A stretch of 64,000 nucleotides of DNA from Candidatus Cloacimonadota bacterium (GCA_963676615.1 OY781092.1:1056001-1120000), one strand, 5' to 3'; counted from the first letter of the stretch, positions 38,736-49,422 are shown. Program-made: numbers and translations. The notes: generated from the letters alone by a model not told the origin.

Positions 38736-40516
38736 TGTATTAAAAAATTATTATCTTTTCTGTCACGGACAGCAATTCTAATATAATTTTTATCATCAAA
38801 AGCCAATTTACCCGTGCAATCTTTAAGCAAAATATTAAACTTTTTCATCATAATATTAGTTAGCTCTGTGGCTGTTATCTCACTCACTTCACAGAGAAAA
38901 TAATTTGCTTGAGAATAAATAGGCCTCAAAAATGAAATTTTACTCAACTCACTAAAGAAGTTATCTCGCTCTTGAGATATTGCCACACAAGCGTTCTTAT
39001 ATTTTTTTTCATATTTGCCAAAAATTTGTAAAAAAAATTCTCCAAAAGAATTAATATTCCATATAGACAACTTCGATTTTACCTCTTTTATTTTTTCAAC
39101 ATTTGAGCTAGCCATCACCCCCAGCCGAACACCAGGAACACCATAGCTCTTTGAGATACTCTTCACAATTACCAAATTTTTAAACTTATCCAAAATATCT
39201 TGATTTATAAGGCTATTTTTATCATTTTCAGAAGAAAAATCTACAAAGCTCTCATCCAAAATAAGAGTTTTATTTTCATTTTTTAAATAATCTAAAAAAC
39301 ACAAAACATCTTCTTTAGGTATAAAATTTCCGCTTGGATTATCAGGATTGATAAGCAAAAGGACATCTACATTTCTACTAAATTTTTTCAAATCATCAAC
39401 AGAATAAGAAAAATCTTTATTTTTCACAGCAAAAGTTTTCAATCTACTTTTAGGAATTCTGGCAATATACTCATAAAAAGTAGGAGTTATCACGCCAATA
39501 ATTTTATCCCCAAAACTGCTCATTAGACAATTGATAAGTTCAGCAGCGCCATTGCCAACTATAATGTTTTCCCTACTACAATCAAACATTTTCGATGCCA
39601 AGATTTCTTGGACATGCCCTGTAGACGGGTAATCGTGTAACAAATTTTCAAAATACGCTTGATACTCTCTAACCATCCTTTTGGGCGGAAAATATGGGTT
39701 AACTAAATAACAAAAATCTTTTAGCTGTGGGAACCTCCAATATCCACCAAACCTTTGCTGATAACTCTTAACATTTTCAGAAAATAAAGTTTCTGCATTA
39801 TGCAAATCTTGCTTATCATCAATCTCATACCATTTGGCATTGCCATCTAAAATTACTGCATTCAATTTTTGATTACTAAGAAAAGCCAAAACTTTCAGCA
39901 CATTTTCATAATATTCGTTATGACCCACAGACTTGCAATAAGCTTCCAAAAAAGGGACATAATGTTTTTTGGAAAACTCTTTAGAAAACCGGTAAATATT
40001 TACCGTCTTATAGCAATTATCTTTATTAGAAAAATCAAAATCTTCTTTAGAAATAAATTTAGTAATTTCATTCTTTTTATTTAACTCTACCACTGTCCCA
40101 TCCATCCAAGATTGATACTTATCTACTACTACAACATTATCTTTTTCAGGAAAACTTAACGCAGCCTTTATTATTCCTTCATCAAAAATCAAATCACTCT
40201 CAACTAATAAACTATCATCTTGCTCTAAATATTTTTTAGCCAAATACAACGAATAAATATTGTTAGTATCCTCATAAATAGAGTTTTCTACATAAGCAAT
40301 TGGGACACCATTATAAGTATCCCCCAAATAATTTTTAAGCCCTGCTGCTTGATATCCAACAACCAATACAATTCTTTCAATTTTAAGTTTTGCCAAAACA
40401 TCAAGAGACCTATTTATAAGAGGTCTACCGTTCACCTCTACCATGCACTTTGTTTTATTTTGAGTAAGCTCTCCCAATCTATTACCCATACCTGCTGCCA
40501 AAATAATTACCTGCAC
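38714..40516 (-). CDS. Fusion: LicC-like cytidylyltransferase + class I/II PLP enzyme (HisC/CobD-like)
   Basis: N-half ILAAGMGNRL, TNNIYSL, WYEIDD. C-half GNGAAE, NPDNPSG, DESF, KSISKSYGVPGVRLG. Confidence 0.88.
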   Translation of the reverse strand: MQVIILAAGMGNRLGELTQNKTKCMVEVNGRPLINRSLDVLAKLKIERIVLVVGYQAAGLKNYLGDTYNGVPIAYVENSIYEDTNNIYSLYLAKKYLEQDDSLLVESDLIFDEGIIKAALSFPEKDNVVVVDKYQSWMDGTVVELNKKNEITKFISKEDFDFSNKDNCYKTVNIYRFSKEFSKKHYVPFLEAYCKSVGHNEYYENVLKVLAFLSNQKLNAVILDGNAKWYEIDDKQDLHNAETLFSENVKSYQQRFGGYWRFPQLKDFCYLVNPYFPPKRMVREYQAYFENLLHDYPSTGHVQEILASKMFDCSRENIIVGNGAAELINCLMSSFGDKIIGVITPTFYEYIARIPKSRLKTFAVKNKDFSYSVDDLKKFSRNVDVLLLINPDNPSGNFIPKEDVLCFLDYLKNENKTLILDESFVDFSSENDKNSLINQDILDKFKNLVIVKSISKSYGVPGVRLGVMASSNVEKIKEVKSKLSIWNINSFGEFFLQIFGKYEKKYKNACVAISQERDNFFSELSKISFLRPIYSQANYFLCEVSEITATELTNIMMKKFNILLKDCTGKLAFDDKNYIRIAVRDRKDNNFLIQCLREVK

Positions 40517-40537
40517 GATTTATCCTTGATACCCAAT

Positions 40538-41560
40538 TTATTTTTCAACCCTATCCCCCAGTTCATAGTTTCTTTTCGCTTTTTTTCCTATAATATCTTT
40601 TAAATATTTAGGATGCATACCATACCCTGGTCTTACACTTCTAATATTTTCATTGGTGAAAATTTCGCCTTTTTTGATATCTTTGGCAACATACAAACTT
40701 CTGGAAAACCTTCGATTATTTTTTATACTTTCATTTAAAGAGTAATCAACTTTGCCCAAAAGTTTTTCTGCATCTCTAATATCCTTAACATATTTTGCAA
40801 ACTCCTCTCTATCTGCACTAAATTCTGCATCTGGTCCACCGATAGACCTATCCAAAATAAAATGCTTCTCAATAACTCTGGCTCCCAAACTAACCGCAAC
40901 AATGGCTGCTGTAGATCCTATAGTATGATCAGAAAACCCGCTAAACACTCCAAAAGTTTGTGCCAAATTAGGTATCATCCGCAAATTAGCACTTTCCAAA
41001 GGCGCTGGATAAGCAGAAGTGCATTTTAAAAGAATAATATCGTTATTATTTTCTTCATGGCAAATATCCACCACTTCTTGTATCTCTTGAATAGTGGCAA
41101 CTCCTGTAGAAATTATGATAGGTTTCCCTTTTGATGCGGTATATCTTATCAGTTCATAATCTGTGACTTCAAAAGAGGCTATTTTATAGGCACAAGGATT
41201 AAATTGTTCTAAAAAATCAACTGCAGTTTTGTCAAAAGGCGAAGAAAAAATATCGATTCCAATTTTTCTAGCATATGCAAACAGCTCTTCGTGCCATTTC
41301 CAAGGAGTATGTGCTTCCTCATACAATTCATAAAGAGACTTACCGTCCCACAAAGTCCCACCTTTGACCATAAAATCGTCTTTGTCACAATTTAAAGTCA
41401 TAGTGTCGGCTGTATAAGTTTGAATTTTTATTGCATCCGCTCCTATTTCTTTAGCCACTTTAATTGTTTCTTTTGCAACTTTCAAACTACCATTATGATT
41501 AGCACTAAGTTCTGCGACTATATAAACCTTTTGTATCAAATCAAAATTATTAACTTTCAT
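40538..41560 (-). CDS. pseI: Pseudaminic acid synthase
   Basis: AELSANHNGS, KIQTYTADT, KIASFE, SDHT, IEKHF and a C-terminal SAF domain. Confidence 0.93.
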   Translation of the reverse strand: MKVNNFDLIQKVYIVAELSANHNGSLKVAKETIKVAKEIGADAIKIQTYTADTMTLNCDKDDFMVKGGTLWDGKSLYELYEEAHTPWKWHEELFAYARKIGIDIFSSPFDKTAVDFLEQFNPCAYKIASFEVTDYELIRYTASKGKPIIISTGVATIQEIQEVVDICHEENNNDIILLKCTSAYPAPLESANLRMIPNLAQTFGVFSGFSDHTIGSTAAIVAVSLGARVIEKHFILDRSIGGPDAEFSADREEFAKYVKDIRDAEKLLGKVDYSLNESIKNNRRFSRSLYVAKDIKKGEIFTNENIRSVRPGYGMHPKYLKDIIGKKAKRNYELGDRVEK

Positions 41561-42014
41561 TTTTTAATTCCATAATCAAAAAATCTTTGTTATCATCAAT
41601 AACAAAAAAATTAAATCTTTTGTAAAGATTAATTGCTTTTATGTTATTTTTATAAACTTCAGCCAATAGTCGTTCTTTGTTTAATTCTTTAAATGCAAAA
41701 TTAATAATTTCTTTTAGCAATATATCACCAACACCTTTAATATTAGGATTGGAATATAACCCTAAATCACAAACATTGCTATTATTTTTAATATTTGTAA
41801 AATATATCACACCAATAGGATTTTCAGATTTAAATACTAAAAAATACTTTTCACTTTTACTATTTCTCAATTTATCAATAAAACCTAAATGATTTTCTTT
41901 CTTTATAATATCAGAAGTAAACATACATTTTCTAACAGATATATCATTTCTCCAATCAAGAACCATAAGTTTTTCTTTGTAAGTTAAGTCACAAAAATCT
42001 TTCAACTTTATCAT
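41550..42014 (-). CDS. pseH: PseH-like GNAT N-acetyltransferase
   Basis: VLDWRN..VRKCM..H and EV..NIKAINLYKRFNF motifs; adjacent to pseI. Confidence 0.8.
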   Translation of the reverse strand: MIKLKDFCDLTYKEKLMVLDWRNDISVRKCMFTSDIIKKENHLGFIDKLRNSKSEKYFLVFKSENPIGVIYFTNIKNNSNVCDLGLYSNPNIKGVGDILLKEIINFAFKELNKERLLAEVYKNNIKAINLYKRFNFFVIDDNKDFLIMELKNES

Positions 42015-42694
42015 TTAATTACTCTTACACTCTTAAAAGCTTCAACATACTGCATACCTGTTCTCATCCCATGATATCTTGCATCCAATTCTATACCCTC
42101 AAGACTTCTAGGATGAGGATAACGACATAGCTCTGATTTGTACTCCTTCATCGCATCAATTTTTAAATTTATAGTTTCACTAATATCAAAAAAAGTGTTC
42201 GGAGAAAATGACAAGGGATAATTCCACTCTGTTGATGACAATATTTCAAAACTATATATCTCTTTTACACATTCATCTTTCATGGGTCTAGTTGCTGTAA
42301 TAACAGCTTTATAGGTTATTTGATGATCAACATTTAAATCATTTTCAAAATGAGTAAAAATAATATCTGGCTTTACTTCTTCTTTAACTTTTGAAATTAC
42401 TTTAACAATATCAAGCAAATCAACGCTATCAAACCTATTATCAGGAAAAGATTCCACAAAAACTTTTTTAATTCCTATAACATCATTTGCTTTCAATATT
42501 TCTCTATTCAAAAGATCAATCTCATCTTTTTGATTTTCCACAACTCTCTTCTCATCCCTACTTGTCTTTCCTTCTCCAAGAATCAAAGTATAGGCTTCAC
42601 AGCCTTCTTTTATAAGTCTTGCAACAGTGCCAAAGCAACCCAACACTTCATCATCAGGATGAGCTGCTACAATTAAAATTTTTTTATTCATCAT
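42011..42694 (-). CDS. PIG-L/LmbE family deacetylase
   Basis: AAHPDDEVLG and FTH..DLNVDH motifs. Confidence 0.92.
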   Translation of the reverse strand: MMNKKILIVAAHPDDEVLGCFGTVARLIKEGCEAYTLILGEGKTSRDEKRVVENQKDEIDLLNREILKANDVIGIKKVFVESFPDNRFDSVDLLDIVKVISKVKEEVKPDIIFTHFENDLNVDHQITYKAVITATRPMKDECVKEIYSFEILSSTEWNYPLSFSPNTFFDISETINLKIDAMKEYKSELCRYPHPRSLEGIELDARYHGMRTGMQYVEAFKSVRVIK

Positions 42695-43379
42695 AATCTA
42701 TTTCAAATCGTCCAACAAGTTTCCCATTTTTAAAATGAACCTCGCTAAACTCTATTTTAAAACCATCTACTTTTAAATATGCTTTAGGATACCCCTCTGC
42801 ATCAAGCATTCGAATAAAATCGTATAAAGATCTCTTCGACTTTACAAGCAATTTATCCAAATCACTATCACCTTTTGTTCTTCTTTTAAATTCAACAATT
42901 TCACCAATTTGTTTTTTGGGAACAATATTCTCATTCAGAATTTTAGGAATAAGTTTTTCAAAAATGATTTTTGAAATCTCTCGAAAATTTTCTTCCGCAC
43001 TACCGATAGAAATATTAAAATTTTCTTTAAGGTATATATCCCCAGCATCTAAGCCTTTATCAACCAATAAAGCCGATATTTTGGTGTCGTAAATCCCTCT
43101 AGACACCAAATTCTGAAACGGACTTCCTCCTCTTCCAAAAGGCAAATCAGTCATATGAAAAACGATGCATTTAAAATTATTATAAATTTTCTCTTTTATT
43201 ATCCAAGACCAATGGGGGAAAAAAATATATTTCGGATTTATTTTAGATATATTTTCATATGTGAAATCTGATTTACCAGATATGAGATAAAATTTATACT
43301 TGTCCTTATAAAAATTCTCTAATTTGTAAAAATTCTTTATATTCCAATCTTTTATGGTGGCAATAATTATATTTTCCAT
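42684..43379 (-). CDS. Formyltransferase (Fmt-like), probably sugar N-formyltransferase
   Basis: FHMTDLPFGRGGSP and GLDAGDI motifs. Confidence 0.85.
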   Translation of the reverse strand: MENIIIATIKDWNIKNFYKLENFYKDKYKFYLISGKSDFTYENISKINPKYIFFPHWSWIIKEKIYNNFKCIVFHMTDLPFGRGGSPFQNLVSRGIYDTKISALLVDKGLDAGDIYLKENFNISIGSAEENFREISKIIFEKLIPKILNENIVPKKQIGEIVEFKRRTKGDSDLDKLLVKSKRSLYDFIRMLDAEGYPKAYLKVDGFKIEFSEVHFKNGKLVGRFEIDYDE

Positions 43380-43396
43380 AATTAAACTTCAATCGA

Positions 43397-44296
43397 TTAA
43401 AAAAAATCTCGAACAATTTCTTTAAAAATCATTTTATCAAACTGACCCAAAATATTTTTCCCTCTTTTCTTCAAAAAATCGTACACACAATTCTGATTTT
43501 CAGCAGTCTTTATCGCAACAAAAGGAATTTCCATAAACATAACTTCATTTAATATTACACTGGGAGTTACAATAGCTAAATCTGAAATATTCATTAAATA
43601 AGCGATTTTAGTAGAATTTACCTTTAAATCTATCCAATCTTTATCTTTGGCAAACTCCATAAGCTCAGATAAATGTTTATTGGCATCCGTTGTAACAACT
43701 ATAACCCTTACTTTATTTTTGAATTCACTTATAGTTTCTAAAATTTTTATATTCAGATTGGAAGAATCCGCACCACCCATAGCAAGAAAAATAGTTTTTT
43801 TATCGGATATTTTTTCTCTTTCAATCTTCTTTTCTAAAATAAACTCTTCTCTGAGTAGAGTAAATTTTTTGCCACAACGCAGCTCACAATATTTAGGGAC
43901 TAAACTTTTATATCTATTCTCATCTGCACAAAAATTATGATTTAAAAGAATATCACAATTATGTTTTTCATAAGTATCATCAAACACCATAATTTTTAAA
44001 TTTGGATTGGCAATTTTTATCTTAGTTTCATAGTTAAAATCTATCTCGTAATTATCAATAACAAGAAAATCTATCTTGTTATCCTTTATAATAGAATCAA
44101 GCTCATTAATATCATGTGAATTTAAAATTTTGACTTCATATCCTGCATTGATAATTTTGTTATTAATATTGCCTTTAAGATTTTGAGAAGCAAAAATCAC
44201 ATTATCGTTAGAATACTGACTAGCTAAAACCAAATCTCGCATTATATGACCAGTTCCAATATCTGAAGATGAATCTGCTCTTATAAGAATATTCAT
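43397..44296 (-). CDS. pseG: UDP-2,4-diacetamido-2,4,6-trideoxy-altrose hydrolase
   Basis: IRADSSSDIGTGHIMR, LLREEF, MGGAD and TAENQ motifs. Confidence 0.9.
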   Translation of the reverse strand: MNILIRADSSSDIGTGHIMRDLVLASQYSNDNVIFASQNLKGNINNKIINAGYEVKILNSHDINELDSIIKDNKIDFLVIDNYEIDFNYETKIKIANPNLKIMVFDDTYEKHNCDILLNHNFCADENRYKSLVPKYCELRCGKKFTLLREEFILEKKIEREKISDKKTIFLAMGGADSSNLNIKILETISEFKNKVRVIVVTTDANKHLSELMEFAKDKDWIDLKVNSTKIAYLMNISDLAIVTPSVILNEVMFMEIPFVAIKTAENQNCVYDFLKKRGKNILGQFDKMIFKEIVRDFF

Positions 44297-44299
44297 AAA

Positions 44300-45607
44300 T
44301 TAATTTAATCTCTTAAAACCACCATGACAAACTGGACCTTCTAAAAGTTTATCTATACTCTCAAGTCCATCTTCACATTTTTTGATAATTTCAAAAATTC
44401 CATGCAATTTCTCATAATATGGTTTCAAAAGCTTTTCGGTATGACAAATAGAAGAATACAAACCTGTTCCTGCTAAATATCCAAGTTTCAACATCTCTTG
44501 AGTTATTAAAGTTTTATATTTTAAGCTGTTTTCATAATTAAAACCAAAAGTAGCTAAAGCCGGCAATCCAAAAATTGATATATTCAAATCAAAATCATCT
44601 GCTATCATTTGCCAATTTTTAACAACTTTTTTGCCTGTTTCGGTTATCCTTTCCCAAGATTTTTCTTTCTCCATTACTTTTAAGGTAGCCAAAGCTGAAG
44701 AAGGTCCTATCCTTTCAGTCCAAAAAGTACTGCTAATAAATGTTTTTTGAGCAGCTTCCATTATTTCTTTTCTGCCGACAACAGCTGTAATAGCATAACC
44801 ATTGCCCAAAGTTTTACCAAATATTGTCACATCAGGCTCTACTTCATATTGCAGATATAAACCGCCAAATGTTTGCCTAAACCCTGAAGTACACTCATCG
44901 AAAATGAGAACAATTCCTTTGGCTGTGGCTAAATCTCTAACTTTTTGCAAAAAATTGTCTTTAGGTTCAACATTCCGCATCACTTCCATTTTGATAACGC
45001 CAACATCATTTTTTTCAACAATGTTTTTTAGCTCTTCAAAATTGTTGTAGGTAAAAGGAAGTGTTGTTCCATTTAAAGCTTGAGGAACTCCAGCAGGCTC
45101 TAATCCAGGCAAAAGATGAGTATCTAAACCATCACTTCGTTTAAGATTAGTTGATAAATACCAATCGTGCCAACCATGATAACCACAAATAGCAACCTTA
45201 TCTTTACCACTGGCTGCCCTTGCTATTCTAATAGCAATAGAATTTGCTTCTCCTCCGCTTCTGGCAAATCTAACCATATCTGCCCAAGGATTTATCTCTA
45301 CTAATTTTTCAGCCAAATAAACTTCTTCAGGACAATTCAAAGTTGTCATATTTCCTTTGGCAACTACATCTAAAACAGCTTTATCAACATCAGAATGGCC
45401 ATAGCCAAGAGTATTAGTGCCTATTCCCATTATGGACATATCTATATATTTATTGCCATCCAAATCCCAAACTTCACAACCTTTAGATTTAGAATAATAA
45501 GCTGGCCAATTGTCCGGCAAAAACATTTCTGGTCTTTTGGACAAAAGCATCGTTCCACCTGGGATTAAAGTTTTTGCTTTGGTATATAATTCTTGCCCTT
45601 TACCCAT
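44300..45607 (-). CDS. Class III aminotransferase (glutamate-1-semialdehyde aminomutase-like)
   Basis: WDLDGNKYID, RSGGEA, YHGWHDW, IFDECTSGFR and FGKTLGNG motifs. Confidence 0.9.
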   Translation of the reverse strand: MGKGQELYTKAKTLIPGGTMLLSKRPEMFLPDNWPAYYSKSKGCEVWDLDGNKYIDMSIMGIGTNTLGYGHSDVDKAVLDVVAKGNMTTLNCPEEVYLAEKLVEINPWADMVRFARSGGEANSIAIRIARAASGKDKVAICGYHGWHDWYLSTNLKRSDGLDTHLLPGLEPAGVPQALNGTTLPFTYNNFEELKNIVEKNDVGVIKMEVMRNVEPKDNFLQKVRDLATAKGIVLIFDECTSGFRQTFGGLYLQYEVEPDVTIFGKTLGNGYAITAVVGRKEIMEAAQKTFISSTFWTERIGPSSALATLKVMEKEKSWERITETGKKVVKNWQMIADDFDLNISIFGLPALATFGFNYENSLKYKTLITQEMLKLGYLAGTGLYSSICHTEKLLKPYYEKLHGIFEIIKKCEDGLESIDKLLEGPVCHGGFKRLN

Positions 45608-46361
45608 TTTGCTCTTCCTTCAAACTTTTTTCAAATCCTTCATTTCGTTTAATATTGCTATTAATCTTAAAAAGATCGCTATTTAAATAAAACTTTGTAT
45701 ATTCAATCCAAGAAGCTTCTACTCCAAGAGAATGAACCAATTTTTCAATAACCTTAAAATCTGGTTCTTCGTCAACCGTCAACCTTATATCATGATAATT
45801 AAATACAGCAGGAAAAACATCCGATAAAAAAATATCTCCATCTTTGTATGTAGAATTTCGCCATATAAAAGGTGTCACATGTTCTCTATCTAATTTGCTG
45901 ACGGCTTCATTATAAGATCGTTTAAGAGCATCAAATTTAAAAACTTCAATATCTTGTCCATCAGGATACATTTCATCAAAAGTGTTGGAACAATAATCCA
46001 AATCGCTCTCTATAGTAAAATTAATTACTTCATCTATCAAACAAGGATCAATAAGCGGACAATCAGATGTAAGTCTAACAACATAATCAGGGATTTCATT
46101 TTTAGCAGTTTCAAAAAATCTTGATAGTACATCTTCCAAACTACCTTGATATGTTTCAACACCACAAGATTTAGCAATATCCAAAATTTTCTCAATACCT
46201 GTTTCTTTGGTTGTGGCAACTTTTAATTTACTGATTTTTTTAGATTGCAGAATCCTTTTTAGATGTATCTCCAATAAAGACACTCCATCAATGGTTTTCA
46301 AAATTTTTGCAGGTAATCTGGAGGAACCTACCCTTGCTTGAGTAATAGCCAAAATTTTCAT
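45600..46361 (-). CDS. SpsF-like cytidylyltransferase (probable CMP-nonulosonate synthetase)
   Basis: QARVGSSRLPAK, DVLSRF, RLTSDCP, REHVT and RLTVD motifs. Confidence 0.85.
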   Translation of the reverse strand: MKILAITQARVGSSRLPAKILKTIDGVSLLEIHLKRILQSKKISKLKVATTKETGIEKILDIAKSCGVETYQGSLEDVLSRFFETAKNEIPDYVVRLTSDCPLIDPCLIDEVINFTIESDLDYCSNTFDEMYPDGQDIEVFKFDALKRSYNEAVSKLDREHVTPFIWRNSTYKDGDIFLSDVFPAVFNYHDIRLTVDEEPDFKVIEKLVHSLGVEASWIEYTKFYLNSDLFKINSNIKRNEGFEKSLKEEQNG

Positions 46362-46362
46362 T

Positions 46363-47259
46363 TTACCCTCTTTTCCACAGACTCGGGAAAATAATACTTT
46401 TAGGAATATTTTTAAATTCCCCTTGCAACTCTTTTTTGCAGGTCAATAATTTATTCTGCCTCGATGCCGCAAAATTCTCTTCTAATTGCTCAAGATTATC
46501 AACCCCAAAAACCAAATAATCGATAAAATCCTCTTCCAAAGAAAACTTTACCGAACACTCTGGCATAGTGATATTGTGCTTATCCAGAATACTTTTTATT
46601 TGTTCAAGATAAATTTTAGCCTCTGGCATCTTCTGCTCTACACTTCTTTCATCCATAAACAACAAACCTTGTAAAAAAGCACTGCGAGCAAACACCTTGG
46701 CTTTACTTATGTTCTTCAGATTTCTAAATTCATCAGAATTAAACCTCTGATCCAAAACATTATAAGAGATTTGTAAATAATCTAAATCCTCTTTTTGAAT
46801 AGCATAAACTCCATCTTGATATTCATAAACAGAAACACCGATATTCTCGACCAAAAAATTATTCTTCAAATCTTTAAAAACACCCCAGGCTTCATCTTTA
46901 TAAATATAACTAGGTGTATGGAACAAATAACCATCTAGTCTATCCAAGTTTAATCTTTCTAAACTGGAACTTAAATGGTTGTGAATAATCTCTTCGCAAA
47001 GGCCTTTTTCATCTTCCAAACAATTTGGCAAAAGTTTTGAGATTACTTTAATTTCTTTTCCAATTCCATTGGATTTGATAAACATTCCCAAAATTTCTTC
47101 TGCGTTGCCATAAGCTTCTGCTGTATCAAAAACTCTTATTCCTTTTTCCCAAGCATCTTCCAACATCTTTAAAGAATCTTTTAGAGTTGGCTTACCTGCT
47201 TTATTGTTAATTCCATAATCGAGTCCAAACTGAACCGTCCCTAGAACCAATTTACTCAT
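46363..47259 (-). CDS. Aldo/keto reductase
   Basis: LGTVQFGLDYG, FDTAEAYG, IGVSVY and ARSAFLQG motifs. Confidence 0.9.
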   Translation of the reverse strand: MSKLVLGTVQFGLDYGINNKAGKPTLKDSLKMLEDAWEKGIRVFDTAEAYGNAEEILGMFIKSNGIGKEIKVISKLLPNCLEDEKGLCEEIIHNHLSSSLERLNLDRLDGYLFHTPSYIYKDEAWGVFKDLKNNFLVENIGVSVYEYQDGVYAIQKEDLDYLQISYNVLDQRFNSDEFRNLKNISKAKVFARSAFLQGLLFMDERSVEQKMPEAKIYLEQIKSILDKHNITMPECSVKFSLEEDFIDYLVFGVDNLEQLEENFAASRQNKLLTCKKELQGEFKNIPKSIIFPSLWKRG

Positions 47260-48406
47260 TAAAATAATCCTTAATTTTGGCTATCACATAATTTTGTTCC
47301 TCGTCCGTCATAGAAGGAAACATCGGCAAACTAAGACATTTTCCGTAATATTTTTCAGCTATCGGGAAATCATTTTTCTTCCATCCAAATTGCCCATAAT
47401 ACGGTTGCAAATGAACTGGAATATAATGCACTTGAGAATAAATTCCGTTCTCTTTCAAATATTCATAAAGCCCTTTGCGATTGTCCACCTGAACAACATA
47501 AAGATGATAAGCGTGATGAAATCTTTCATCCAAAAAAGGCGTTTTGATTTTTAAGCCAGCAAAAGCTTTGTTATAATTATCAGCCAATTGCCTTCTCCTG
47601 TCAACTCCTGCCTTGGCTCTATCCAATTGAGACAAACCCAAAGCCGCCTGCATATCACACATCCTATAATTATAGCCAAGCTCTAACATCTGATAATACC
47701 AACCACCATCGTTCTGACTCAACAACTCGGGATTTTTTGTAATTCCGTGCGTTCGCAACAACAAAAGTTTTTCATACAACTTTTTGCTATTTGTGGTAAT
47801 CATTCCGCCTTCTCCTGTAGTAATATGTTTTACTGGATGAAAAGAAAAAACAGACAAATCTGCATATTTACTATCGCCGCATTTAACTTTGTTGCCGCGA
47901 CTATCCTCAAAAAATCCCCCAGGAGCATGACAAGCGTCTTCAATAATCCACAACCCATATTCGTCAGCCAAACCTCTGAGCTTTTGCATATCACAAGGAT
48001 ACCCTGCAAAATCAACAGGGATAACACCCTTATAATAACCTCTGGGCTTACTCTTCAATTTTTTCTCTAATTTACCCAAATCGATAATATATCGAGACTC
48101 ATCAATATCGACAAAATCTACTTCACCCCCGCAATATCGAACACAATTAGCACTAGCTGCAAAAGTTATCGGCGTGGTAAGAACTCTGTCTTTATTTTTC
48201 ACACCCAAAGCCAAAGCACTCAAATGCAAACCAGCCGTCCCATTAGACACAGCCACAGCGTATTCACAACCAATATATCCAGCAAATTTCTCTTCAAACT
48301 CTTTAACTTTAGGTCCTTGCGTAAGGTAATCCGACTTCAGCGTCTCCACAACAGATTCGATATCCGCCTTAGAAATTTCCTGCCTTCCATAGGGAATATT
48401 CATCAT
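47252..48406 (-). CDS. pseC: UDP-4-amino-4,6-dideoxy-AltNAc transaminase
   Basis: IPYGRQ, LTQGP, EDACHA and FSFHPVKHITTGEGG motifs. Confidence 0.92.
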   Translation of the reverse strand: MMNIPYGRQEISKADIESVVETLKSDYLTQGPKVKEFEEKFAGYIGCEYAVAVSNGTAGLHLSALALGVKNKDRVLTTPITFAASANCVRYCGGEVDFVDIDESRYIIDLGKLEKKLKSKPRGYYKGVIPVDFAGYPCDMQKLRGLADEYGLWIIEDACHAPGGFFEDSRGNKVKCGDSKYADLSVFSFHPVKHITTGEGGMITTNSKKLYEKLLLLRTHGITKNPELLSQNDGGWYYQMLELGYNYRMCDMQAALGLSQLDRAKAGVDRRRQLADNYNKAFAGLKIKTPFLDERFHHAYHLYVVQVDNRKGLYEYLKENGIYSQVHYIPVHLQPYYGQFGWKKNDFPIAEKYYGKCLSLPMFPSMTDEEQNYVIAKIKDYFNE

Positions 48407-49422
48407 TAGACAACCTCAAAATCAGGATTTATGTGCTCTTTGATGAGTTTTCGCAGACTTTCAACACTCTCCCAGTCTTGATTTTTCTCAGAATTGTAAG
48501 AAAATCCATCTTCAACCATTTTGGCGTTGAAATGAGCCAAATATTCCTCTTTTTTATAGGTAAGAGGCACAGACGGCAAAACAGCGTAATATTTATCAAA
48601 CTCTATCGTATTGATAGAGTCTGTGGCTGAAATCATCTCCTCATGCAGCTTCTCGCCAGGGCGTATTCCCACAACCTTAATTTTGCAATTTGGGCCAATG
48701 GCTTTAGCTACATCCAAAATTTTATAAGAAGGAATCTTGGGCACAAAAATCTCGCCACCAAGAGCATTCTCTATGGCGAACATCACCATTGCCACTCCGT
48801 CTTCCAAGGAAATATTAAACCGAGTCATCCTGTCATCTGTGATCGGCAATATTCCCTCTTCGGCTTTTTTCATAAAAAAAGGAATCACAGAACCTCTAGA
48901 GCCCATCACATTACCATAGCGAACAACCGAAAATTTAATCTCCTTATTGCCCGTGATATTATTCGCCGCCACAAACAATTTATCTGAAACAAGCTTCGTT
49001 GCTCCATAAAGATTTATGGGAGCGCAAGCCTTATCAGTAGAAAGCGCCACAATTTTTTTGACTCCGCACTCAATAGCACAGTTAATAACATTCATCGCCC
49101 CGTCCACATTCGTTTTGATGCACTCCTCTGGGTTATACTCTGCAGTATCGACCTGTTTCATTGCCGCTGCATGAATAATCACATCAATATTTTTGCAAGC
49201 TCGCTTTAGCCTCATTTCATCTCTTACATCACCAATAAAATACCGAATTTGAGGAAAATCTTTTTCAGCCCAAATCTGTTTCATTTCAAACTGCTTTAAT
49301 TCGTCCCGAGAAAAGATCACGAGTCTTTTTACTTTGGGATATTTACTCAGAATAGTCTCCGCAAATTTCTTCCCAAAAGAACCTGTTCCGCCCGTAATTA
49401 AAATTGATTTATTATTTAACAT
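48406..49422 (-). CDS. pseB: UDP-GlcNAc 4,6-dehydratase (inverting)
   Basis: GGTGSFG, FSRDELKQ, STDKACAPINLYGATK and RYGNVMGSRGSV motifs. Confidence 0.95.
   Translation of the reverse strand: MLNNKSILITGGTGSFGKKFAETILSKYPKVKRLVIFSRDELKQFEMKQIWAEKDFPQIRYFIGDVRDEMRLKRACKNIDVIIHAAAMKQVDTAEYNPEECIKTNVDGAMNVINCAIECGVKKIVALSTDKACAPINLYGATKLVSDKLFVAANNITGNKEIKFSVVRYGNVMGSRGSVIPFFMKKAEEGILPITDDRMTRFNISLEDGVAMVMFAIENALGGEIFVPKIPSYKILDVAKAIGPNCKIKVVGIRPGEKLHEEMISATDSINTIEFDKYYAVLPSVPLTYKKEEYLAHFNAKMVEDGFSYNSEKNQDWESVESLRKLIKEHINPDFEVV

Noticed and set aside
44300..45607. hemL (tetrapyrrole biosynthesis)
   Set aside because: Embedded in the pse cluster next to an SpsF-like gene; context indicates a glycan-related paralog.
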